Origin: an uncultured delta proteobacterium
GTDB lineage: Bacteria; Myxococcota; Myxococcia; Myxococcales; Myxococcaceae
NCBI GenBank assembly: GCA_963776345.1
Contig: CAVZMH010000019.1
Span: 64,001 to 128,000, forward strand
Direction: 5' to 3'
DNA: 64,000 nt
A model generated the notes under the pieces. It made no database searches, had not been told where the DNA came from, and saw only the letters and a list, made by a program, of their open reading frames with translations. Position numbers and translations under genes: made by a program. Every line of letters begins with the position of its first letter. Positions within the stretch are counted from its first letter, which is position 1. This document shows positions 40,592 to 50,328 of the stretch, piece after piece.

Positions 40592-42667
40592 ATGCCCGAG
40601 CACCCTTCCAGTGGGTCCCCGGTGGGTGGTGAGCTCCCGCCCTCCGACCGTCTGGACTCCTGGAAGGAGATCGCCGCCTACCTCCGGCGCGACGTGACCA
40701 CCGTCCAGCGGTGGGAGAAGCGCGAGGCGATGCCCGTGCACCGGCACCAGCACGACCGGATCGGCTCGGTCTACGCCTTCCGGAGCGAGCTCGACGGCTG
40801 GGCCCGGAGCCGCAGCCTCGGTGGCCTGGAGTCCACGCCCGACGTGACGCCCACCGGCGGGCTGGTCCCGAGCGAAGCTCCGTCGGCGGCCGTCGGCACT
40901 CCGCCGATGCGGGGGTCTGCTCGGCCGTGGCGCGCCAGGGCGCTGGGTGCGGTCGGAGCGGTGCTGCTCCTCTCCCTGGCGATCTGGGCCCTGGGCGGCC
41001 ACCCGCGAGCTCCCGGGAGCCTTCTGGCGGATGCGCGCTTCCAGCAGCTGACCGACTTCGAGGGAATCGAGCAGGCGGCGGCGATCTCCCGCGACGGACG
41101 ATTCGTCGCCTTCCAGTCGGACCGTGACGGGCGGATGGACGTGTGGGTGACCCAGATCGGCACCGGCCGGTTCTCGAATCTGACCCGGGGCGCCACGCTG
41201 GAGCTGGTGAATCCCTCCATCCGCACGCTGGGGTTCTCGCCCGACGGGAGCCTGGTCACCTTCTGGGCCCGCGCGCGCCGGGGCACCGACCCGCCGGAGA
41301 TCGGCATCTGGGCGGCGCCGCTCCTCGGGGGACCGCCGCGCCCGTACCTGGAGGGCGTCGCCGAGTACGACTGGTCCGGCGACGGCGAGCGGCTCGCGTA
41401 CCACACGCCCGGACCCGGGGACCCGATGTTCGTGCGCGACCCCGGACCGGCGTCGCAGGCCCGGAGCATCTTCTCGGCGCCCGCCGGCCTCCACTCGCAC
41501 TTCCTCGTCTGGTCTCCGGACCAGGCCTTCCTCTACTTCGTCCAGGGCGCGCTCCCGGACCGGATGGACCTCTGGCGCATCCGGTCGACCGGAGGTGCGC
41601 CCGAGCGCCTCACTCGCCACGACGCCCTGGTGAGTCACCCGGTGTTCGTGGACGGGCGGACGCTGCTGTACCTGGTCACCGACCCGGACGGCTCCGGTCC
41701 CTGGATCCAGAGCCTCGACGTGGCGAGCAACGTCGGCCACCGGCTCGGCTCGGGCCTCGATCGCTACACCTCGCTCTCGGCGAGCGCCGACGGCCGGCGC
41801 ATCGTCGCCACCAAGGCCAGCCCCAAGACCACGCTCTGGACGCTGCCGCTGGCCGGGAGGCGGGCCGAGATGTCGTCCGCGGCGCGCATCCCGCTGACCA
41901 CGGGCAACGGCTCGTCCCCGAGGCTCGGGCCCGACTTCCTGCTCTACGTCTCGGCGCGGGGGACCAGCGACAGCCTGTGGAAGCTTCAGGCCGGGACGGC
42001 GACCGAGCTCTGGAGCAGCCCCGAGGCCCGCATCGTCGGCGGGGCGGCGATTCAGCGCGATGGACGCCGCATCGCCTTCACTGTCCGGCAGGGCGGGCGG
42101 ACGGGGCTGAGGGTGGTCAACGCGGACGGCACCGGCGCGCGGAGCGTCGGCGGGGCGCTCGAGGTGCAGGGCAGCCCCGCCTGGGCGCCCGACGGCCAGG
42201 CCCTGACCGTCGCTGCGCTCGTGGACGGCGCACCAAGGCTGTTCCGGGTTCCGCTCGACGGGAGCCCGCCGGAGCCATGGGTCCGGGAGCACTCCATCGA
42301 CCCGGCCTGGTCCCCGGGAGGCGACCTGGTCGCCTTCTCGGGCGCCGACGTCGGCACCACCTTCCCGGTCCGGGCGGCGAACGCCGATGGGAGCCCCTCA
42401 TCGCGGCCGGCGCTGACCTTGACCCGCGGTGCCAGACACCTCGTGTTCCTGCCGCAGGGACGCTCGCTGCTGGTCCTGCACGGCGAGATCGGCCACAAGA
42501 ACCTCTGGCGCATCGACCTGGACTCGGGGCTCGAGGAGCCGGTGGTCGATCTCCCGCCCGACCTCGAGGTGCGCGACTTCGACGTGTCGCCGGACGGGCG
42601 CGAGCTGGTCCTCGAGGAGGTGAAGGAGCACTCGGACCTGGTGCTCATCGAGCTGCCCCGCCGGTGA
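40592..42667 (+). CDS. Membrane-anchored protein: N-terminal HTH-like domain, one TM, TolB-like beta-propeller repeats
   Basis: RLDSWKEIAAYLRRDVTTVQRWEK; TM; repeated (W/F)SPDG-like blades. Confidence 0.8.
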   Translation: MPEHPSSGSPVGGELPPSDRLDSWKEIAAYLRRDVTTVQRWEKREAMPVHRHQHDRIGSVYAFRSELDGWARSRSLGGLESTPDVTPTGGLVPSEAPSAAVGTPPMRGSARPWRARALGAVGAVLLLSLAIWALGGHPRAPGSLLADARFQQLTDFEGIEQAAAISRDGRFVAFQSDRDGRMDVWVTQIGTGRFSNLTRGATLELVNPSIRTLGFSPDGSLVTFWARARRGTDPPEIGIWAAPLLGGPPRPYLEGVAEYDWSGDGERLAYHTPGPGDPMFVRDPGPASQARSIFSAPAGLHSHFLVWSPDQAFLYFVQGALPDRMDLWRIRSTGGAPERLTRHDALVSHPVFVDGRTLLYLVTDPDGSGPWIQSLDVASNVGHRLGSGLDRYTSLSASADGRRIVATKASPKTTLWTLPLAGRRAEMSSAARIPLTTGNGSSPRLGPDFLLYVSARGTSDSLWKLQAGTATELWSSPEARIVGGAAIQRDGRRIAFTVRQGGRTGLRVVNADGTGARSVGGALEVQGSPAWAPDGQALTVAALVDGAPRLFRVPLDGSPPEPWVREHSIDPAWSPGGDLVAFSGADVGTTFPVRAANADGSPSSRPALTLTRGARHLVFLPQGRSLLVLHGEIGHKNLWRIDLDSGLEEPVVDLPPDLEVRDFDVSPDGRELVLEEVKEHSDLVLIELPRR

Positions 42668-42731
42668 GGCGGAGCGCGCGCCCCGCCAGACCCGGGAGCC
42701 CGGGCTCAGCCCCGCAGCGCCTGGCGAGTGT

Positions 42732-44012
42732 TCACGGGCCCCAGTCCGGGGTGCTGTACTCGCCCTTCTCCAGCGGAAGCATCTTCTGGTTCTGCCCCTC
42801 GGCGGTCATCACCCAGAGCATCGAGGTGCCGGTCCGGTTGCTGCTGAAGACGACCAGCCGGCCGTTGGGCGCGAACGACGGCTCCTGGTTGTTGCCCTGG
42901 TCCTGGGTGAGCCGGGTCACCTTCCCGCTCTCGACGTTGACGGTGAACAGGTCGAAGGCGTTGCGCTCGTCGCGGGCGGTGAAGGCGATCAGGTCGCCCC
43001 GGGGCGACCAGTCCGGCGTCTGGTTGTAGTTGCCCTGGAAGGTGAGCCGGCGCACCTCCTTGGGGTTCGCCACCGAGAGCACGTACAGCTGCGGCGTCCC
43101 GGCCCGGTTGCTGACGAAGGCGATGCGCTTGGCGTCGGGGCTCCAGGTGGGGCTGGAGTTGATGAAGTAGGGCGAGTCGGTGAGCGGCTGCGGATTGCCG
43201 CCATTCGCGTCGGCCAGGTACAGCTGCGCGCCCTCGCCCTGGGCCATGCTGTAGGCGATGCGCCGCCCGTCCGGCGAGAACGCCACGCCGGTCACCATCG
43301 CCCCGGTGTTCACCAGCGGGAGGGCCACTCCGCCCGCGCGCTGCACGTACAGCGCCGGCTTCCCCGAGCGGTAGCTGGTGAAGGCCACCGAGTCGCCCTG
43401 CGGGCCCACCACCGGGAGGAGGTTGATGCTCCCCTGGGCGATGGGGAGCGCGCGCTTGCCGTCCCAGTCGCCCAGGTACACGTCCTTGCCCTTTCCCACC
43501 CGCCGGACGAAGGCCAGGTGCGACTGGAAGGGTCCGGGCTCCCGGGTGAACTGGCGGTAGAGCGCATCGGCGAAGAAGTGGGCCAGCTTCCTGGGGTTGT
43601 CCACCGGCTCGACGTGCACCAGCCGCAGCTCCTCCTTGCCGCTGGAGACGGTGAACATCCGCATCTCCCCGCGCAGGTCCCGCCCGTCGACCGACAGCTG
43701 CACCTTGACCAGCGCCTCGGCGCCGACGTCCGCCCAGCGAGAGAAGGTGATGGTGGAGGCGGTGAAGCCCTCGCGCGCGTCGGCGAGGTAGCTCTTCCGG
43801 TCCAGCACCTGGAAGATGCCGGCGGCGCTGCAGTCGAAGAAGAACGCGTTGTCGAAGTCCGGCGACACGGTCCGCGCGCCGTCGTTGAGCGCCTGGGGGA
43901 GCGGCACCGCGATCGGCAGCGGCCGGAAGTTCGCCCCGGAGATCTCGATCACCGGCGCCTGCGCCAGCGCGACGAGGGGGCAGATCAGCAGGCTACAGAC
44001 CAGGGTGCGCAT
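42732..44012 (-). CDS. tolB: TolB-like periplasmic protein
   Basis: Signal peptide, PLPIAV N-domain, PD40 repeats; last of the tolQRA run. Confidence 0.88.
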   Translation of the reverse strand: MRTLVCSLLICPLVALAQAPVIEISGANFRPLPIAVPLPQALNDGARTVSPDFDNAFFFDCSAAGIFQVLDRKSYLADAREGFTASTITFSRWADVGAEALVKVQLSVDGRDLRGEMRMFTVSSGKEELRLVHVEPVDNPRKLAHFFADALYRQFTREPGPFQSHLAFVRRVGKGKDVYLGDWDGKRALPIAQGSINLLPVVGPQGDSVAFTSYRSGKPALYVQRAGGVALPLVNTGAMVTGVAFSPDGRRIAYSMAQGEGAQLYLADANGGNPQPLTDSPYFINSSPTWSPDAKRIAFVSNRAGTPQLYVLSVANPKEVRRLTFQGNYNQTPDWSPRGDLIAFTARDERNAFDLFTVNVESGKVTRLTQDQGNNQEPSFAPNGRLVVFSSNRTGTSMLWVMTAEGQNQKMLPLEKGEYSTPDWGP

Positions 44013-44036
44013 CTCTGGGGTTCACTCCTCGGCAGG

Positions 44037-44804
44037 TCAGGGACGGAACATCAGGACCACCCCGTACTTCTGGAGTGCGTCCCGGAGGTGGGTCGGCGGG
44101 GGCGAGAAGGGCGAGGCGCGCTTCACCGCGGCCATCACCGCGGCGTCGAAGAGGTCGTTCCCGCTGGACTTGGCCAGGCGTGCGCGCTCCAGCTGGCCCG
44201 TGGAGCTGATGAAGACCGCCACCTGGGCGGTGAGCCGGATGCGCTCGGTGTCGGGGATGGTGTCCGACACGTCGTAGAAGCGGGTGACCTGCGAGCGGAG
44301 CCGCGCGTAGTAGGCCTCTCCCTCGGCCACCGCCGCGTCGCCGTGGGGGTCTCCGTCGGCGGCGCCGGTGGTGTCGGGCGCGCTCTTGGACTTGTTCATC
44401 CGGTCGAACGCGCCGAGGAGCTTCTGCCGCGGGTCGGCCTTCTTCTCCCCGGCCTGCCTGGTCTTCGGCGGCGCGGGCGCGGCGAGGGGGGACGGCGCCA
44501 CGGGGCGCGGCGGCTCGGGGACGGACACCGGCTCCGGCGCCTTCTGCTCCATCGGCGGAGGCGGGGGTTGCTCGATGCGGGGGAGCAGCTTCTCGTCCCG
44601 CGCCGTGCCCTGCCGGACCAGGGTGGCCTTGATCGGCTTCTGGTCCAGGTCGATGGCGGGCGTCTCGTGCAGCTTGGCCCAGACCAGCGCCAGCGCGAAC
44701 AGCGCCGCGTGCACCAGCGCCGACCAGAAGAGGAACCTCACCAGCGGCCCCTCGGGGCGCCGGGCGAGCAACGACACCGGTCCGGCGGCCGCGACGGAGG
44801 TCAT
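44037..44804 (-). CDS. tolA: TolA/TonB-family protein
   Basis: S..VH TM motif, Pro-rich linker, SSGN..FD C-domain. Confidence 0.8.
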   Translation of the reverse strand: MTSVAAAGPVSLLARRPEGPLVRFLFWSALVHAALFALALVWAKLHETPAIDLDQKPIKATLVRQGTARDEKLLPRIEQPPPPPMEQKAPEPVSVPEPPRPVAPSPLAAPAPPKTRQAGEKKADPRQKLLGAFDRMNKSKSAPDTTGAADGDPHGDAAVAEGEAYYARLRSQVTRFYDVSDTIPDTERIRLTAQVAVFISSTGQLERARLAKSSGNDLFDAAVMAAVKRASPFSPPPTHLRDALQKYGVVLMFRP

Positions 44805-45247
44805 CGTCCGGGGGCGCCCTTCTTCCGCCCCGGCGAGACCGGGTCGGTGATCATTCCGAGATTTCCGATGCCGGCCCGCTGCGCGGCGGCCATGACCTCC
44901 ACCACCACGCCGTAGGGCAGGGTCTTGTCGGCGTGGAGGTAGATCTCCTTGTCGGCCTGCGCCTTGGCGTTGGACTTGAGCTTCTCCTCCAGCTCGTCGA
45001 GGGGGACCTCCACGTCGCCCAGGAAGACCCGCTGCTTGGCATCGATCGAGAGCACCAGCTTCTTCTCGCTGGACTCGACCGGGGCGGCCCTGGCCTCGGG
45101 CAGGTCGACCTTCACGCCCTTCTGGATGAGCGGCGCGGTCACCATGAAGATGATGAGCAGCACCAGCATCACGTCCACCATGGGCGTGACGTTGATGTCG
45201 CTCATCGTGGTGCGCCCGGGGGCGCCCTTGCCGGCCGACATCGCCAT
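44801..45247 (-). CDS. tolR: TolR/ExbD
   Basis: INVTPMVDVMLVLLIIFMVTAP. Confidence 0.92.
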   Translation of the reverse strand: MAMSAGKGAPGRTTMSDINVTPMVDVMLVLLIIFMVTAPLIQKGVKVDLPEARAAPVESSEKKLVLSIDAKQRVFLGDVEVPLDELEEKLKSNAKAQADKEIYLHADKTLPYGVVVEVMAAAQRAGIGNLGMITDPVSPGRKKGAPGR

Positions 45248-45268
45248 GGGAGTTGCCTCGCGTCTCCC

Positions 45269-45973
45269 CTACTTGAAGAAGTGCCGCTTGACGATGTTCA
45301 GGAAGTCCGAGGAGAAGTTGGCCATCTCGGTGTCGAACACCTTGATGCGGCTGACGAACGAATTGTACGCCACCACCGCCGGGATGGCGGCGAAGAGGCC
45401 GGCGGCGGTGGCCACCAGCGCATTCCCGATGGGCGCGGCCACCGTGGACAGCGAGGCGTTGCCCTTCTCGGCGATCTCGTTGAAGGCGGAGAGGATGCCC
45501 ATCACCGTGCCGAACAGGCCCACGAACGGCGCGGTGGCGCCCACCGTGCCGAGGAAGCTCACCCGCGACTCGAGCTCGGTGATCTGCGAGGTGCTGGCCC
45601 GGTTCAGCGCCCGCTCCACGTTCTCGATGCCCCCCAGCCGCTCGCTCATCGCGTTCTCGTGGCCGTCCTTGGTCTGGGCGAGCTTGGACAGCTCCTCGTA
45701 CCCGGCGCAGAAGACCCGGGAGATGGGCGAGCTCGGGAGGTTGCGGGCAGACTGGTAGATGGCGTCCAGCCGGGACCCCTTCCAGAAGGTGTCCAGGAAG
45801 GTGATGGACTGGTCGCGGGCGCGGTTGAGCTGAACGGCCTTCACCGCGATCAGCGCCCAGGAGACCACCGAGACGGCCACCAGCAGTCCGAGGACGGCCA
45901 GCTCCACCGGCGAGCTCTGTCGGACGATGGAGAGATAGTCGATCGCCGCCAGGGCGACGGGGAGGGTGTGCAT
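45269..45973 (-). CDS. tolQ: TolQ/ExbB
   Basis: APFVGLFGTVMGI, ALVATAAGL..AIPA...YN. Confidence 0.92.
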   Translation of the reverse strand: MHTLPVALAAIDYLSIVRQSSPVELAVLGLLVAVSVVSWALIAVKAVQLNRARDQSITFLDTFWKGSRLDAIYQSARNLPSSPISRVFCAGYEELSKLAQTKDGHENAMSERLGGIENVERALNRASTSQITELESRVSFLGTVGATAPFVGLFGTVMGILSAFNEIAEKGNASLSTVAAPIGNALVATAAGLFAAIPAVVAYNSFVSRIKVFDTEMANFSSDFLNIVKRHFFK

Positions 45974-45990
45974 AGGGGGGTCGACGGGAA

Positions 45991-46020
45991 GCGGTACCAG
46001 GCAGGTCCGACTGCCGTCAA
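45991..46020 (-). promoter_or_regulatory. Putative sigma70-type promoter for tolQ
   Basis: Minus strand TTGACG-N18-TACCGC. Confidence 0.5.
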
Positions 46021-46144
46021 CGCCGTGGAACCCCTCCGCAATCCCCACGCCCGTCGGGGGTGAATACGTACGACGGGAATGGCGTCCTGAAGCAGGCCAG
46101 GGAAGGCCTGAAAGGCCGCTCGTTCTTCACCGGAGACGTCCGAC

Positions 46145-47167
46145 ATGCGCATCCGTGGGCTCACCTTGTGGCTGTGTCTGCTCGGCGGGCTGGGAGCGTG
46201 TGACTCCCGGCAGGGCGGGGCGATGACCGTCGCCTGGAGCTTCGGGGGCGGGAACTGCTCGGGCGCGGCGGTGGACCAGGTGCGGATCGCCATCGCCGGC
46301 GAGCCGCTCTCCCCGGACACCTTCGACTGCCGCAGCGGGCTGGCCAGCTTCACCAACTTCTACCCGGGCACCTACGTGGTCACCGTGCAGGGGCTCGACT
46401 CGAGCCAGGCGGTCACCTGGACCGGCAGCAAGTCGGTCGTGCTCGACGGCGACGTGAGCGTGCAGGTCGACCTCCAGCCGGTCTCCCAGCAGAACGCGGT
46501 GGCCTACCTCTCCTGGAGCTTCGACCCGGCCACCGGTCAGGCGCCCCAGTGCGCGAGCGGCCAGACCCTGGACTCGGTGGCCATCTTCGTGGACGGCGCG
46601 TCCACCAACCTCGCCTACAACTGCGGCGACGGGCTCGGCATCAACGTGGTGGTGACCCCCTACCTCACGCCGGGAGCCCACACGCTGCAGCTCGTCGCCT
46701 ACAACGCCGCCGAGGGGCAGACGGCCTATGCGCAGACGGACCCCGTGACGCTCACCTTCACCACCGGCACGGCCACGTCGCAGACGCTCACCATGCGCTG
46801 GCAGGTCGGCGGGCTGGCGATGAGCTGGGCCGCGTACCCGACCCTCGCCGCGTACCAGACGAGCCCCAACCAGCCGCTCACCTGCGCCTCCACCGGCATC
46901 GGGCCCGTCTCGGTCTTCCTCGCCGACCCGACCGACCCGAACACCGGCACGCAGTTCACCGGCTACACCTGCGCGTCCGGCGCGCTCCTGGACAACGCGC
47001 CTCCGGGCACGTGGCTCCCCTTCGTCGCCGCCTACGACGCCGCCGGGCAGAACGTCCTCTACTTCCAGGACGACATCAACGTGCCCCAGACGGTGACCGT
47101 GGTCGCCGGGCGCTTCTTCGCGCCGCAGGATCTCCAGACGCAGGTCTTCGTCCCGCTGTTCCCCTGA
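46145..47167 (+). CDS. Lipoprotein with three Cys-paired beta-rich repeats
   Basis: Lipobox LGAC; three units of W...C...V.(I/V)...C..G...PG; strong GC3 bias. Confidence 0.8.
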   Translation: MRIRGLTLWLCLLGGLGACDSRQGGAMTVAWSFGGGNCSGAAVDQVRIAIAGEPLSPDTFDCRSGLASFTNFYPGTYVVTVQGLDSSQAVTWTGSKSVVLDGDVSVQVDLQPVSQQNAVAYLSWSFDPATGQAPQCASGQTLDSVAIFVDGASTNLAYNCGDGLGINVVVTPYLTPGAHTLQLVAYNAAEGQTAYAQTDPVTLTFTTGTATSQTLTMRWQVGGLAMSWAAYPTLAAYQTSPNQPLTCASTGIGPVSVFLADPTDPNTGTQFTGYTCASGALLDNAPPGTWLPFVAAYDAAGQNVLYFQDDINVPQTVTVVAGRFFAPQDLQTQVFVPLFP

Positions 47168-47215
47168 CCACAGGAGTGAGCCGCTGGCACGGTTCGTGGT
47201 AGGCCCGTGGACCTC

Positions 47216-48031
47216 ATGGGCCCCGCGGATCCACGTCCGATCGGCGTCTTCGACTCCGGCGTCGGGGGACTGACCGTCCTCCGGGCGCTCCGGGCGCGCT
47301 TCCCCGACGAGTCGATGGTGTACCTGGGCGACACGGCGCGGGTCCCCTACGGCACCAAGTCCGCCGAGGTGGTGACCCGCTACTCGCTCCGGAACGCCGC
47401 CTTCCTCACCGGGCAGGACGTGAAGCTCTTGGTGGTGGCCTGCAACACCGCCTCCTCGGTGGCGCTGCCGGCACTCCGGGCCGCGCTGGGCATCCCGGTG
47501 GTGGGCGTCATCGAGCCGGGCGCGCGCGCCGCCGCCCGGGTCAGCCGCTCGGGGAACGTGGGCGTCGTTGGGACGCCCGGCACCATCGCCTCGGGCGCCT
47601 ACCAGCGAGCGCTCGCCGCCGAGCGTCCGGGGATGCGGATCCACGTCCAGGCCTGCCCGCTCTTCGTCCCCCTCGCCGAGGAGGGCTGGGTCCAGGGTGA
47701 CGTTCCGCGGCTGGTCGCCCGCGCGTACCTCGCGTCGATGCGGCAGGCGGGCATCGACACCCTGGTGCTCGGGTGCACCCACTACCCGCTGCTCCGGGGC
47801 GTGCTGGCCGAGGAGCTGGGGCCGGGCGTCACGCTGGTCGACTCGGCGGACGCTACCGCCGACGAGGTGGGCGACCTGTTCGCCCGGGGGATGGTGGGCC
47901 GGGCGCCTCCGGGCCGGGGGACGCTCCGGGTCGTCGTCACCGACCTGCCGGACCGCATCCCCGAGCTCAGCGCCCGGTTCCTCGGCGAGCGCGTGGAGCG
48001 GGCCGAGCACGTGGACATCGAGGCCGGCTAG
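47216..48031 (+). CDS. murI: Glutamate racemase
   Basis: FDSGVGGL, ACNTAS, LGCTHYP; start 47207 or 47216. Confidence 0.96.
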   Translation: MGPADPRPIGVFDSGVGGLTVLRALRARFPDESMVYLGDTARVPYGTKSAEVVTRYSLRNAAFLTGQDVKLLVVACNTASSVALPALRAALGIPVVGVIEPGARAAARVSRSGNVGVVGTPGTIASGAYQRALAAERPGMRIHVQACPLFVPLAEEGWVQGDVPRLVARAYLASMRQAGIDTLVLGCTHYPLLRGVLAEELGPGVTLVDSADATADEVGDLFARGMVGRAPPGRGTLRVVVTDLPDRIPELSARFLGERVERAEHVDIEAG

Positions 48032-48819
48032 CGGGTCAGGCGGGTGTCGGCCGGAGCGGGCGGCGGAAGGGGCATCGTCTCTTCCATCACCTGCGTGGCC
48101 GCGCGGGTTCCCAGGTCGTCCCGCCGGGGCAGGGCGCCGGTGCAAACGGTGATGCACCACTCCAGCAGCGGGAAGGCCCGCGCCCAGCCGAGCGGCCAGT
48201 TCAGCCAGCCGGTGGTGATGCAGTAGTGCGAGTTGAAGGGCCGGGTGTGGTGCAGCGCGTGGTGTGCCGGCGGAAGGATGAGCTGGCAGCGCTGCAGGAA
48301 GGTGAGGACCGGCGGAGGCTCGGGCAGGTGCGCCCACTTGTGGAACTGGTTGGTCAGCAGCACCCAGGCCACCAGCGCGCCCAGGAACGACGAGAGGAAG
48401 ACGCTCCCCGCGCCTGCCGGATCGGACGCGAGCCAGATGGCCAGGCCGAGGACGGGGAGGCTGATGAGACAGTTGTTGCCGTTGGTCTCGACGACGTCGT
48501 GCCGGGTGATGGCCAGCGGGTCCCGGTGGTGCTCGCGGAAGGGCCGGAGCACCGCCCGGCCGATGACCGGCAGGTCGGGAGACCCCCAGGTGTCCGCGGC
48601 CCAGTGCACTACCCCCGAGACCAGGTCCGCGGCCAGGTAGGCGAGCAGCGCGGCGGTGAGCACCAGCCAGGGCCTCCGCGGCACGTGCGGCACCAGGCGG
48701 ATGGCGAGCCAGCAGGCCAGGGCGGCGTACGAGAGCAGGCTGGCCCAGTCGAGCCGCCGGATGGCCCTGCTGGGCGGGTTCAGGTGCCCGCCGTCCCCCT
48801 GGTGCTCGCCGTTCGACAT
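48028..48819 (-). CDS. carF: CarF/TMEM189 plasmanylethanolamine desaturase
   Basis: His boxes VHWAADTWG, FREHH, NQFHKWAH, HHALHH; YCITTGW. Confidence 0.9.
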   Translation of the reverse strand: MSNGEHQGDGGHLNPPSRAIRRLDWASLLSYAALACWLAIRLVPHVPRRPWLVLTAALLAYLAADLVSGVVHWAADTWGSPDLPVIGRAVLRPFREHHRDPLAITRHDVVETNGNNCLISLPVLGLAIWLASDPAGAGSVFLSSFLGALVAWVLLTNQFHKWAHLPEPPPVLTFLQRCQLILPPAHHALHHTRPFNSHYCITTGWLNWPLGWARAFPLLEWCITVCTGALPRRDDLGTRAATQVMEETMPLPPPAPADTRLTR

Positions 48820-48869
48820 CTGGACTCCTCTCGTCTGGGACCTGACGAGACGCCCGGATGTCCTGAATT

Positions 48870-49775
48870 CTAGCGGAGGGGTCCGCCGCCGGTCTGCCCC
48901 TCCACGGTCGGCGCGAGGCCCCGGATTCGCCTGGGGTGTGTGTACAGGTTGAAGTTCCCTCCACGGACGAAGGTGGCCAGGGCAAGGCCCGCCCGCTCGG
49001 CGAGGTCCACCGCCAGACTGCTGGCCGCCCCCACCGACGCCAGGACCGGAATGCGGGCCATCGCCGCCTTCTGGACCATCTCGAAGCTGCTGCGACCGCT
49101 GACCACCAGAAGCGCGGGGCGGGGCCCGGGAGCGGGCGCCCGGCAGGGGCCGATGGCACCGGCGAGCACCAGCGCCCCCACCACCTTGTCCACCGCGTTG
49201 TGGCGGCCGACGTCCTCGTGCACCGCGAGCACGGTGCCGTCCGCTCCGAGCACCATCGCCGCGTGCGTGCCGCCGGTGCGCTCGAAGGCTTGCTGCGCGG
49301 CGCGGAGCCGGTCGGGCGCCGAGGCCACCAGCGCCGCGTCCACCACCGGCGCCTCGCCGAGCGGCTCGATGCGGGCCAGCAGGTCTTCGATCGTCTCGCG
49401 GCCGCAGACCCCGCAGGCCGTCGAGGTGAGCGTGCCGCGGCGGCTCGCGGTGATGCGCTCCCAGACCAGCTGCACGCCCGGCGCGGGGAGCACGTCCAGC
49501 GCGTTGCCGTACCCCTCCTGGTCGGTGCGACCGCAGTGGCTCATCGTGCCGAGGTCGTCGACCGAGCGGATGATGCCCTCGGAGAGCAGGAAGCCGGCGG
49601 CGAGCGCGTGGTCCGCGCCCGGCGTCCGCATGGTGATGGCCACCGTGTCGCCGGCGACGCGGATCTCCAGCGGCTCCTCCACGGCGACGACGTCCGCCCG
49701 CGGTGGGGCCGGAGCGCCGGGGGTCACGCGGCGATACGGCCGCTCGACGGTTCCTCGGTTCCGCACGTCGGGCAC
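48870..49775 (-). CDS. fdhD: Formate dehydrogenase accessory sulfurtransferase
   Basis: EEPLEIR, TMRTPG, CGVCG, TGGTHA, EDVGRHNAVDK; start uncertain (49775 or 49727). Confidence 0.93.
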   Translation of the reverse strand: MPDVRNRGTVERPYRRVTPGAPAPPRADVVAVEEPLEIRVAGDTVAITMRTPGADHALAAGFLLSEGIIRSVDDLGTMSHCGRTDQEGYGNALDVLPAPGVQLVWERITASRRGTLTSTACGVCGRETIEDLLARIEPLGEAPVVDAALVASAPDRLRAAQQAFERTGGTHAAMVLGADGTVLAVHEDVGRHNAVDKVVGALVLAGAIGPCRAPAPGPRPALLVVSGRSSFEMVQKAAMARIPVLASVGAASSLAVDLAERAGLALATFVRGGNFNLYTHPRRIRGLAPTVEGQTGGGPLR

Positions 49776-50218
49776 GCTACCCCCGGTGCGAGGCCGGTGC
49801 GAGCCGCGGGTTCATGCAGCGCGTCCCGCATCCACTCGGAGCCCAGCGCGGCGGCCAGCCAGAACGGCGCGTAGTCCAGCCGCACCAGCCCGTGGAGGTG
49901 CATGCCCTCGTGGTAGCGCCAGGGGCAGTCGCCCAGCACGCTGCGCAGCGCTGCGCCCGAGGCGTACTCGGTGGCGTAGATGACCCCGAGGGACGCCGCC
50001 GCCCGGGTCAGGCGCGACCGGCGCCCGAGCTTTCGATGCACCGCCTCCAGCGCGAGGCCCGCGGCCCCGTAGATGGGATGCATCCAGAGGTACGTGCGCG
50101 CGGCGAGCTTCTTGTCCCGTGAAAGCGCGGCCTTGGTCCCGGTGAAGAGCACCTCGAGCACCCAGCCAGCGCACCCGTACAGGGCAAACTTCCGCGCCAG
50201 CTGTCGACCCGACGCCAT
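49724..50218 (-). CDS. Small membrane protein (putative ABC-permease/CmpB-like)
   Basis: SD AAGGAG; YG..GW..E, PIYG, EY.SG, CPW.Y. Confidence 0.7.
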   Translation of the reverse strand: MASGRQLARKFALYGCAGWVLEVLFTGTKAALSRDKKLAARTYLWMHPIYGAAGLALEAVHRKLGRRSRLTRAAASLGVIYATEYASGAALRSVLGDCPWRYHEGMHLHGLVRLDYAPFWLAAALGSEWMRDALHEPAARTGLAPGVACPTCGTEEPSSGRIAA

Positions 50219-50328
50219 CGGTCGTCTCCTTCCCGCTGCAGACGCTGTAGACGCGTCGTCAATGGTGCAATTCACCGGCCCAGCTGGCTGCCTGGAACGT
50301 GGCCCTCTTCGGGGGCATGCTCTCGGAC

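Noticed and set aside
47185..47200. Sigma54-like TGGCACG motifs here and at 59311
   Set aside because: No GC at the -12 position in either; too weak to call
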